Shown here in pieces: positions 8,278 to 16,570 of a stretch of DNA of 64,000 nucleotides. Position numbers and translations under genes: made by a program. Source of the DNA: Candidatus Poseidoniaceae archaeon (GTDB taxonomy: Archaea; Thermoplasmatota; Poseidoniia; Poseidoniales; Poseidoniaceae); NCBI GenBank assembly GCA_030747785.1, contig JASLKC010000014.1, forward strand, positions 35,873-99,872. Reading direction: 5' to 3'. A model generated the notes under the pieces. That model worked only from the letters and a program-made list of their open reading frames with translations, did not search any database and was not told the DNA's origin. Positions within the stretch are counted from its first letter, which is position 1; every line of letters starts with the position of its first letter.

Positions 8278-11200
8278 TCACAGCGGTGCGAAGTCAATCT
8301 TGAAGTTGCCATTTGGTAACATCGAGATAATTGGTTGGAAACCTTCGTGAGGAGTTCTAGCCAAAGTATTCTGAATTACTGCCATGATTTGCGGGTCAAT
8401 CGCCATACTAAATCCGGCGCCGGTGGGTACAACATTTTGCGCAACTTGTTGTTGCGCCGCAGCCATTACTATGCCGGCAGTCATACCAACACCTTGCGAA
8501 GTAGGTATTTTGGGATCTACTTCAGTGTCAGTGGCGAGTGCAAGTAGGCCCTTTTCTTCCTCAGCCTCTTCTTCTTCCGTTGCTTCATCGGCTTCTTCTT
8601 CAGCTGCCTCAACTTCAACGGCTTCTTCCTCAGCCTCTTCTTCAACAACTTCATCAGATTCTTCTTCAGTCCCCTCGGATTCGTAGACCTTTTCTGCAAT
8701 TTCCGCTACTGGTGCTTGCTCGTATAGCGTATCAGTATCTCCCATTCTATTCATGTACAAGATTCCAAAGCCAAATGCTACAATTCCCATCAACATCCAA
8801 GTAACGTATGTTATTATGTCATCAGAGAATGTTGTAGAGAGCATGAATATTGCGAATAAGGTTCCAAATGAACCGAACCCTCTTCTCCATGGAGTTTCAG
8901 TCTCGTCTCTGAATCCTTGGATTGCTATACCTGCGAGGTATACCGCCCACATTGTCCACATCGCACCTTCAATTTCAGCATCTCCAAGTGCCCATGTCAG
9001 ACCAATTAGGAAGTAACAAATCGCCATGATGCCAATGCGATCAAGCCAAGAATAGTAATCCGTTTCATCATCCCATTTGAATTGCTTCCAACTCCATGCG
9101 ATATCGGCCTTTGTAGCCAACATTGTCATCAGCATTCCATTTACCATTAGCACAGTACCTACAATTACATCTTGAGCCATTTGTTCGCTTGGAACGATGT
9201 GTTCAATGATATTCCATGCAGCGAATGCCTGGAGAAGTGGTGTACCGAGAATTAGGTACTTCTGTCCACGTACATAGGTGTCCCATGTTGCCCATAGGGC
9301 GCCAAGTACAGTTCCAATTCCATCAAATGCATCATAAGATGCTGTGAGACAAACCAGCGTCCAAAGTCTCATGATTTCAATCATACGTTCCCTACCAGAT
9401 ACCAATTCAAGATTGAAACTACTTGGGGTTGCATCTGGATTCAATGTCGGCTCATCTGCCCAACGGTATAGAGTTCCACTTTGTGCCATACGATTGAGTA
9501 CCATTGTGACAAATCCTGTGCCCAACAGTGTATGAGACACAAATTCTCCAACTGTGAAATGATTGAAATTCGAATCCAACGAGAATCCAAACCAGAATGA
9601 AACCAATGTGAATAATGGCATCCAAGGAATGAATTGGATTCGTCCGGAAAGCCATGAATAGAATCCTAGCATCATCGTCAATGAGAGTAGTAGCCAACTC
9701 GCTTCAGGAAGAACGGCTAGTAGACCGATTGCCAACCATGCTGCAGGCGCAGCCATCGGAGTTTCAATTGCACCATCTTTCAAGCCATTATGGCGATCTG
9801 ATACGCCCTTTCCAAGAATTATTAGGGCAGTACTTGCCATAATTATTCCAGAGAATCTAGTCAATCCAAGGAATGTGATTTCGGTTAAGTCATAACTTCC
9901 AAAGTCAATAGCGCCGATAATTGAACCGATGGTTGCCCCATCCCAGATGAAGCGATCACTGTACAATAGCAAGGCGATTGGAGCAAGACTCAGAACGAGG
10001 TTATGCCTGTGCTCCAGACTTCTTTGGAATACAAGGAGGTACATTGCTAGGAAGAGGATACCTCCACTAGAATCGAGCATTCCAAGTGCTAATAGTCCAA
10101 AGAACGTCATTCTGTCAGCACTGACATTTAGAGCGTCGTCATTCAATCCCTTCTTGGTTAACATTATCGAAACCCCAATCGGGCCAGAGAGTAAGATGAG
10201 GTCGAGAACCAAACTATTGGTCAGCAATTCTTCGGCATGGCCGGATTCCCATATCATCTTCATGGAAACAGGGAGTGCCATTGCGAAAATGGTCCAGGTT
10301 GCAATCATCCTTCCAAGAGAAGATGCTTCATCGTCATCAATTACTTCCTTGATTACAATTCCAACCGGTATTAACATTGAAAGAGGCCATATGAGGTTGG
10401 AAGAAATCGCTTCGTTGTTTACAGTGGCTACTGCAATGGTGAATAATACCATTGAGCCAAGTAAACTCATCCTTCCAAGAGGCCCCCAGCTCTTCACTAC
10501 CCACGCAGGTGGTGCATCTGGGTCTGGTTCCGGAATCAACCAAGCATTGGTCTCGGAGTCGAAAACTGGAATAATTTGTTTGCGTTTTTCATCTCCCCAA
10601 GAGAGTAGACTACCAAGGTCGAGTTCAATTAACTTGTATTGCCGCATTGCTGCATAAATACCTAGACCTACTATTGCAAGTGGAAGATTGAATCCGTCCA
10701 TCTTGTCGGTAATCGACTCTAGGAATGGCATTTCCAAGCGCCCTGCCCAACTTAGAATGATTGTGATTAGAATGCTAGCAAAGGTTGCAGCAGACCCTTC
10801 GAATGCTTCATTGGGGTTATCATTGATTTCAGCGCTTCGCATCATCATCCAAGATGAAACAATCGTATAGGCTACGATAATCCATGGTATCCAGGGGTCG
10901 TCACCGAAAAGAACGGAATCTGAGAGAACCAATAACCCGAGCATAGAGAAATGTGCCCAATTCGAAAGATTACCTCGCTGGCGAGCAAATTCGCCTGTGA
11001 TTACTAGTGAGCACAAAATTAGCGCCTCAAAGTGTTGGTAATGGAATCCACCTGCCATGTAGCTCTGGATGAAGAAGGAACCACCAGCAGCCAAGACCGT
11101 CATGTTTGCAACCCATTTCCTCGTCTTATCACTGATAATGAGAAGGTATGGTAGCATTAGGATAGTTACAGTCCAAGGAATCAATCCTGCTTCGGGTACG

Positions 11201-12375
11201 ATAATGAATAAACATCCCGCTAAACCGATAGGCATGTACGGGATTCTTTGATTTAGCGCTGCTGGGAAATAAGCCAATAATACGGCAAGCCAAAGTGCAA
11301 CTTGTAGTGTCAAAACATCAGATAACATGCCTAGTTCACTCTGCTTTAGGAATCCAAGAACTAGGTGTAGGTCTTCAGAACGAGCGATTAGCATAGCAAG
11401 TATTACTTCTCCAACTAAGAAAGCCGAAGTTAGTTGCATCTTGTCTTTTTGCAGTCGGTGATCCGCTGCTAACCAGCCTTGGAAAATGATAATGAATATC
11501 AGTAGTGACATTGCGCTGCCAGTACCATCTATTTCGGGAGGATTGTTATTCCATTCATAGAGAATAGGAATTAATCCACTGACTACAGCAACTACTGCGA
11601 AGATTGTGAAACTATCAGAACGTAAAGCAAGGAACATCGAAACTGCAGTCATCGAAACGATTGCAATTCCAATTTCCCAAGACACATCATTATTGGCCCA
11701 ACCCATCCATACATTGAATCCTACCAATACCAATGCCAATGGAGCGAATGCCATCACCGACCAACCAAAGGTGGTTTTGCCCTTCAACCGGTCGAGATAC
11801 ATGTATTGTCCCGCCACCATCAGTAAGCATGCGCCCATCTGAATGTAGATTCCATTGGCAGAAGGATGCCATTCACTGCCATCACTATACGGAACCCCAG
11901 ATTCAAGAATCCAATCGAATTCATTTTCTCCGAGGATACCCATCATCCATCTGGCTCCCCAAATAACTCCTACAGCCATGAAAAAGAATCCCATGCCGAT
12001 GAGATAATCGTGAACCGAGTGAAGTTCATCTCCACCTTTCCTTCTTTGAAATTCAACTAATCCTATTGCCATACCAGCGGAGGTCAATCCCCCAATACCA
12101 AGGAAAAGGAAATTCGTATTGTCACCAGAATCATCGAAAGCTATCGAAAGTAATGCAGCCCATATGGCTATCATTGCCACGCCATACAAGATTAATTGAG
12201 CAAATTTCTGTATGCCTTTTTCAACTGCATTTGGAAGTGGACCTCCAGGATTTACCATCTCGATAGTAGGTTGGATTGTAGCACCACTTAGGGTACTTTG
12301 TCCAATTGATTGGGTTGCGGTAACTGCTTTGGACCTGATAGGCCGACGTGGTGGTGCTGACATGTTCCTCGGCAC
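8278..12375 (-). CDS. giant polytopic membrane protein (1365 aa, >30 predicted TM segments) with a poly-acidic (E-rich) C-terminal segment; function unknown
   Basis: One long ORF with codon-like composition and repeated hydrophobic ~20-aa segments throughout. Near the C-terminus a ~40-residue E-rich stretch (EGTEEESDEVVEEEAEEEAVEVEAAEEEADEATEEEEAEEEK) is followed by a ~90-aa non-acidic tail. Confidence 0.65.
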   Translation of the reverse strand: MPRNMSAPPRRPIRSKAVTATQSIGQSTLSGATIQPTIEMVNPGGPLPNAVEKGIQKFAQLILYGVAMIAIWAALLSIAFDDSGDNTNFLFLGIGGLTSAGMAIGLVEFQRRKGGDELHSVHDYLIGMGFFFMAVGVIWGARWMMGILGENEFDWILESGVPYSDGSEWHPSANGIYIQMGACLLMVAGQYMYLDRLKGKTTFGWSVMAFAPLALVLVGFNVWMGWANNDVSWEIGIAIVSMTAVSMFLALRSDSFTIFAVVAVVSGLIPILYEWNNNPPEIDGTGSAMSLLIFIIIFQGWLAADHRLQKDKMQLTSAFLVGEVILAMLIARSEDLHLVLGFLKQSELGMLSDVLTLQVALWLAVLLAYFPAALNQRIPYMPIGLAGCLFIIVPEAGLIPWTVTILMLPYLLIISDKTRKWVANMTVLAAGGSFFIQSYMAGGFHYQHFEALILCSLVITGEFARQRGNLSNWAHFSMLGLLVLSDSVLFGDDPWIPWIIVAYTIVSSWMMMRSAEINDNPNEAFEGSAATFASILITIILSWAGRLEMPFLESITDKMDGFNLPLAIVGLGIYAAMRQYKLIELDLGSLLSWGDEKRKQIIPVFDSETNAWLIPEPDPDAPPAWVVKSWGPLGRMSLLGSMVLFTIAVATVNNEAISSNLIWPLSMLIPVGIVIKEVIDDDEASSLGRMIATWTIFAMALPVSMKMIWESGHAEELLTNSLVLDLILLSGPIGVSIMLTKKGLNDDALNVSADRMTFFGLLALGMLDSSGGILFLAMYLLVFQRSLEHRHNLVLSLAPIALLLYSDRFIWDGATIGSIIGAIDFGSYDLTEITFLGLTRFSGIIMASTALIILGKGVSDRHNGLKDGAIETPMAAPAAWLAIGLLAVLPEASWLLLSLTMMLGFYSWLSGRIQFIPWMPLFTLVSFWFGFSLDSNFNHFTVGEFVSHTLLGTGFVTMVLNRMAQSGTLYRWADEPTLNPDATPSSFNLELVSGRERMIEIMRLWTLVCLTASYDAFDGIGTVLGALWATWDTYVRGQKYLILGTPLLQAFAAWNIIEHIVPSEQMAQDVIVGTVLMVNGMLMTMLATKADIAWSWKQFKWDDETDYYSWLDRIGIMAICYFLIGLTWALGDAEIEGAMWTMWAVYLAGIAIQGFRDETETPWRRGFGSFGTLFAIFMLSTTFSDDIITYVTWMLMGIVAFGFGILYMNRMGDTDTLYEQAPVAEIAEKVYESEGTEEESDEVVEEEAEEEAVEVEAAEEEADEATEEEEAEEEKGLLALATDTEVDPKIPTSQGVGMTAGIVMAAAQQQVAQNVVPTGAGFSMAIDPQIMAVIQNTLARTPHEGFQPIISMLPNGNFKIDFAPL

Positions 12376-12434
12376 TACACTGTGCTACAGGCCTATTGAA
12401 AGTTGGCCCGGCAAAATAAGAGTGTATAGCAGTA

Positions 12435-14360
12435 TTATTCCAATTCTGCTTCTACCACTTCATCGATATCAGCATCGTCAATAATGTATTGAGTACGGTC
12501 ATTTTTAACCGTTGCAACTACGAGAATAACGCTAAGCAATACCGCTGCTGTCAAAGAGCCCCAGAGAATGAAATTGAAATTCAAGGATGATTCAACACTT
12601 TCCTCTATCAAAGGTTCTCCTAACATAATATCTAATGTGATCAATGGACTTGAATCCGTTCCTTTAATTCCACGCATCGAAAGGGTGTGATTACCAGCGA
12701 GTTCAGTACCGGGCAGGTGTTCGAGTTCATGTGCAATTTCTTCGTATGTGAGATACACTACATCGCCGTGTTCGTAAGAATGGATATTGGACCATCCATC
12801 GCGTAGGTCATTACTCATCCATTGAACGGTATCTGTGCCTTCGGTTACTTCGACGCGAATAGAATCTCCCGGGGAAAGATGTATGTCTCCATTCATACTT
12901 GCTTGATTAGACAATGTTAGAGTTATATTTTTGTTGAAAGTGAATGAACGCTGCGCAGCCTCCATTACAGCCTCATAGGAATTTGTGTGACCGTGTCCGT
13001 AGACGTTATTTTGGCGATTCTTTGGAATAAAATCCTCTGCGCATGGTTCATTTTTTGCCATGTAATGGCATTCGCGATAAGTTGCAGTTTCCTGCATGAT
13101 ATTTCGAATGTCGAAAGGAGAGAGGTCCGGGTCAGCCTGAAACATCAGGGCCCCAACACCAGCAGCCCCGGGGGTTGCCATACTTGTGCCACTCATTGCT
13201 GTATAACCATCACCAGTATTCGCAGCTACTGACATGATGCTACTACCCATGTATGCGATATTTGGTTTGACTCTTCCTTCTTCAGTTGGTCCTTGGCTAG
13301 AATATGGTGCGATGCCTGTATCTTTGTCAAGCGCACCAACTGTGATGACATCTTCTGCAGAGCCCGGAGTGCCTATTTGAGCACTCACGCCGTTATTTCC
13401 TGCAGCGATAAAGAGTGCGATTCCACTTCGAACCATCTCATTAGCCATGCGGTTGACACTGTCTTCTTCAGATGAAGTCCATTCAATAGCACCTGGGCCA
13501 CCTAGGCTCATAGATGCGGCTCGAGTATTGTAATTGTGCATGGTATCGATTGTCCATTGCATCCCAGCCATTACTCCAGCGAAACTACCAGAACCTCCAC
13601 CGTCGAGAACTTTGACACCCACAAGGTGTGCTTGAGGCGCCATTCCTACATGTTCGTAGTCTGGGGCTCCAGTGCCTGCAGTTGTTCCTCCACAATGGGA
13701 GCCATGCCCATGATCATCGTAAGGGAAATCGGTACCATTTGTGTTGCTAGCATTGTTTACAGCATCGTAGAATGCGAGAATCTTGTGGTCATCAGTTGAG
13801 TTATCATCATCCATATCGTCAATGCTCGCATGGAGGCCATCGAGTCCAGTATCGATGATGGCTACTGTTGTACCTGAGCCATCATAGCCAGTTTCTTCGA
13901 ATGTAACATCGACTCCGTGTCCGACTCGAGCATCACCATTTGTTACTTCGAGAATTCCATCAAGTTCAATCATAACTATTCCAGGAAGGTCTCTAGCATC
14001 TAGAATTTCAACAACGGGAATAGTTCCTGCTACAGCATCGATTCCGGGAAGGCTGAATTGGTGCTCATAATCGAGTTCGTATGTTAACATCGCAATATCA
14101 TCATTAGTTGGAGTGTGATCGAAATCAAAAATCAAAGAGATTCTACCATCATCATCAAGGAATAATGGATGATACATGTAACGCTCTACCATGTCTCCTA
14201 CACCGTTTCCATCACGGTCAACAGTTGTTTCAGTCCACCAGCCAATGGGTTCTTCGTTTTGCTCGGCTGCAACGGGGATAGTTGCAACCAACATTGGAGT
14301 CACCAATAGTACGAGTGCAGACATACTGAGAATTCGCTTGAGGGTATTCATGTTCTTCAC
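12435..14360 (-). CDS. subtilisin-like (S8) serine protease with N-terminal signal peptide and C-terminal TM anchor
   Basis: Catalytic motifs DTGLDGLHASI, HGHGSHCGGTTAG and SGTSMATPGAAG. A C-terminal hydrophobic segment (LWGSLTAAVLLSVILVVATV) is followed by an acidic tail. Confidence 0.85.
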   Translation of the reverse strand: MKNMNTLKRILSMSALVLLVTPMLVATIPVAAEQNEEPIGWWTETTVDRDGNGVGDMVERYMYHPLFLDDDGRISLIFDFDHTPTNDDIAMLTYELDYEHQFSLPGIDAVAGTIPVVEILDARDLPGIVMIELDGILEVTNGDARVGHGVDVTFEETGYDGSGTTVAIIDTGLDGLHASIDDMDDDNSTDDHKILAFYDAVNNASNTNGTDFPYDDHGHGSHCGGTTAGTGAPDYEHVGMAPQAHLVGVKVLDGGGSGSFAGVMAGMQWTIDTMHNYNTRAASMSLGGPGAIEWTSSEEDSVNRMANEMVRSGIALFIAAGNNGVSAQIGTPGSAEDVITVGALDKDTGIAPYSSQGPTEEGRVKPNIAYMGSSIMSVAANTGDGYTAMSGTSMATPGAAGVGALMFQADPDLSPFDIRNIMQETATYRECHYMAKNEPCAEDFIPKNRQNNVYGHGHTNSYEAVMEAAQRSFTFNKNITLTLSNQASMNGDIHLSPGDSIRVEVTEGTDTVQWMSNDLRDGWSNIHSYEHGDVVYLTYEEIAHELEHLPGTELAGNHTLSMRGIKGTDSSPLITLDIMLGEPLIEESVESSLNFNFILWGSLTAAVLLSVILVVATVKNDRTQYIIDDADIDEVVEAELE

Positions 14361-14489
14361 CGCGCTCCGCGCGACTCAGCCACCTTGTTTGAATCCTCGC
14401 ATCCGGTGGATTTGTTGAAATGTTCATTCACTTTGTAAATTGAAGATATTGGTGTATGCCGGGATAGATGTCAAGAGTAACAACGCTTT

Positions 14490-15887
14490 GTGCGAACTAT
14501 GGGGCTCCGCAGTTGGTTCGGTCGAGTCCTAATGTCCACTTGGTTCAGAGAGGTTGACATCGTCGATGCTGAAAATGTTCCAAGTGATAGAGGTTCAATC
14601 ATTGTCTCATGGCATCCAGGTGGAATATTCGATAGAATGCTATTGAATGCCAATATCAAGGGTCAAGTTCCCTTTGATGGTTTGATTGATGATAGAGCAG
14701 AATTAGAGATGGTTGCTAAGAGTGTAGCTGTTGGTGGTAACGTAGTGGTATTTCCAGAAGGAGATGCACATGATAACCCCAGAGTCGAACAGATTAGGGC
14801 ATGTTCGGCTAGACTTGCTATAAGAGCACGCGAGATATCACCCGATAACCCTCCTGTCATCGTCCCACTTGGCATCCACTATAGCGAAAAGCATCAATTT
14901 CGAGAGCGTGTTGCATTGGTATTTGATAGGCCGGTAGAGGTTAGAGAAAATGACACCGTAGAGGGCCTTACCGACCTGATTAAAGCCGAGATGAATAGGG
15001 CATCACATTCACGAAGTAATTGGGAAGATCGCAAACTCATTTGGAAGGCAAGAGGTATTATTCATGCCGAGAGAGTTAGGCGTAATCCCGAACTTAAAGT
15101 GCGCCAATCTTACGGAGAATCTGTCCTTGGAGCAAGACGGGTCAGAGCAGCATGGGAATGGCTTGCAACCGAGAAACCCGAAAAATGCAAAGCTATCGAG
15201 AATGACATTAGAGGCCACCTCTCGAGAATTGAAAGTTTGGGACTACATCCAACTGATTTGGATTCAAAGCCTGAAAGTGTAAGCACCAAAGGTTTCCTTA
15301 CATCGATTTGGTGGTGGGGCTTTGCTTGGTCTTTCATGCTCGGCTTTGTAACATGGTCTGCAATCATCGGGTCTCTAATTCCATATCTATGTGTAATTCT
15401 AGCAGATAGAGTCGTTTTCAAGAAGTTGAAAAACGAGTCTAGACGCGGTGCTATGAAACTCTATACAGCGATGACCCTCTATCCACTTTGGTGGTTATTT
15501 GCAGCATGGATTATGACTTGGTTTATCACTAATGATGCAAGCCCACTGAACTATTTTTCTGATTTTGGCGTGATACTACCATTTTTGTTTTCTATGCCAG
15601 TTTGGTTCATCTATCCATTGATGTTGTGGTGGCTACCGATAGCTGCTCGTTTGCAATTGAAATTATACGCTCGTGGAGTTCGTGCTTGGAGGGAATTGTC
15701 AATGTGGAAGCGATGGCGTCAGTCCGACTTTGATTGGGATAGGTTGTGCGCTTCTCAGAAGGTGATTGCTACAAGGCTAGTAGCAATTGGTGATGGCCTG
15801 ATATTACCTGGGGATAAAGAGTGGACTGAGCCGAGAATTGGCATAGATGATCACGAGGTTATTTTACTTCGAAAAACCAGTAATTAG
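14490..15887 (+). CDS. putative lysophospholipid/glycerolphosphate acyltransferase (PlsC/LPLAT-like) with a C-terminal membrane domain
   Basis: Acyltransferase motif III-like VVFPEGDAHD and motif IV-like PVIVPLGIHY. An H-x5-D (SWHPGGIFD) stands in for the canonical HX4D, so catalytic competence is uncertain. The C-terminal half is hydrophobic. Confidence 0.5.
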   Translation: MRTMGLRSWFGRVLMSTWFREVDIVDAENVPSDRGSIIVSWHPGGIFDRMLLNANIKGQVPFDGLIDDRAELEMVAKSVAVGGNVVVFPEGDAHDNPRVEQIRACSARLAIRAREISPDNPPVIVPLGIHYSEKHQFRERVALVFDRPVEVRENDTVEGLTDLIKAEMNRASHSRSNWEDRKLIWKARGIIHAERVRRNPELKVRQSYGESVLGARRVRAAWEWLATEKPEKCKAIENDIRGHLSRIESLGLHPTDLDSKPESVSTKGFLTSIWWWGFAWSFMLGFVTWSAIIGSLIPYLCVILADRVVFKKLKNESRRGAMKLYTAMTLYPLWWLFAAWIMTWFITNDASPLNYFSDFGVILPFLFSMPVWFIYPLMLWWLPIAARLQLKLYARGVRAWRELSMWKRWRQSDFDWDRLCASQKVIATRLVAIGDGLILPGDKEWTEPRIGIDDHEVILLRKTSN

Positions 15888-15963
15888 GTCCTACAAAATC
15901 TAGCATTATTGGGCCAATGCTGAAAGAGGGCTTCGTCTTCGGTGGCACCGTAGGTGCCCAAGA

Positions 15964-16566
15964 ATGGTTGGTGATGAACACATCGCGATGATTCCAGCGA
16001 CACCTAATCGAATTTGGAAAGCCGAAGTAAATGGGCAGGAATACGAGGTTCTTGCACCATCGAATTCAATATTACTCGATGTCCTTAGAGATAAAGTGGG
16101 AACACTTGGAGTAAAACGCGGCTGTGACATGGGTACTTGTGGATGCTGTGCTGTGATGATAGACGGTGTCCCACGACTCTCTTGCCTGACGATGGCCAGT
16201 GAGGCTGAAGGGCGCTCAGTTACTACTGTTGAAGGCCTTTCAGACGGAGCACATCTTGCACCAATTCAGCAGTGCTTCACTGAGCATGGAGGTTCGCAGT
16301 GCGGCTTTTGCACGCCGGGCTTTTTGATCACATCGCAGGCTCTATTGAACAATAATTCGAACCCAACCGATTCAGAGGTCGCCTGTGCTATTGAAGGAAA
16401 TTTATGCCGATGCACAGGCTATCAGCAGATTATCGAATCAATTCAAGCAGCAGCAGCGATTCATCGTGGTGAAGTCGAATCAAATCCACCGGTGAGCGAT
16501 GCTCATCCTGACCCTCACCCTTCTGGCCCAGACGGTCCAGTATCGCCTTCGGGACAAGAGAGTTGA
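15964..16566 (+). CDS. coxS: molybdopterin hydroxylase small subunit, (2Fe-2S)-binding (CoxS/XdhC-iron-sulfur family)
   Basis: Plant-type ferredoxin motif CDMGTCGCCAV and a second 2Fe-2S motif CGFCTPG ... CRCTGY. Confidence 0.9.
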   Translation: MVGDEHIAMIPATPNRIWKAEVNGQEYEVLAPSNSILLDVLRDKVGTLGVKRGCDMGTCGCCAVMIDGVPRLSCLTMASEAEGRSVTTVEGLSDGAHLAPIQQCFTEHGGSQCGFCTPGFLITSQALLNNNSNPTDSEVACAIEGNLCRCTGYQQIIESIQAAAAIHRGEVESNPPVSDAHPDPHPSGPDGPVSPSGQES

Positions 16567-16570
16567 TTTC

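Noticed and set aside
8384-8804. Plus-strand ORFs (8384-8686 Ser/Ala-rich, 8538-8804 Leu/Gln/Pro-rich) and a Lys/Arg-rich minus-strand ORF (8517-8699)
   Set aside because: They lie entirely within the GAA/GAG-rich DNA encoding the poly-Glu tail of the 1365-aa membrane protein. Their low-complexity compositions are the expected alternative-frame or antisense translations of that repeat. They are not independent genes.
16499-16570. ORF-track N-terminal extension of coxL overlapping coxS by 68 nt
   Set aside because: The extension (MLILTLTLLAQTVQ...) is the out-of-frame read of the coxS 3' end. An in-frame Met immediately follows the coxS stop, giving the usual coupled arrangement.
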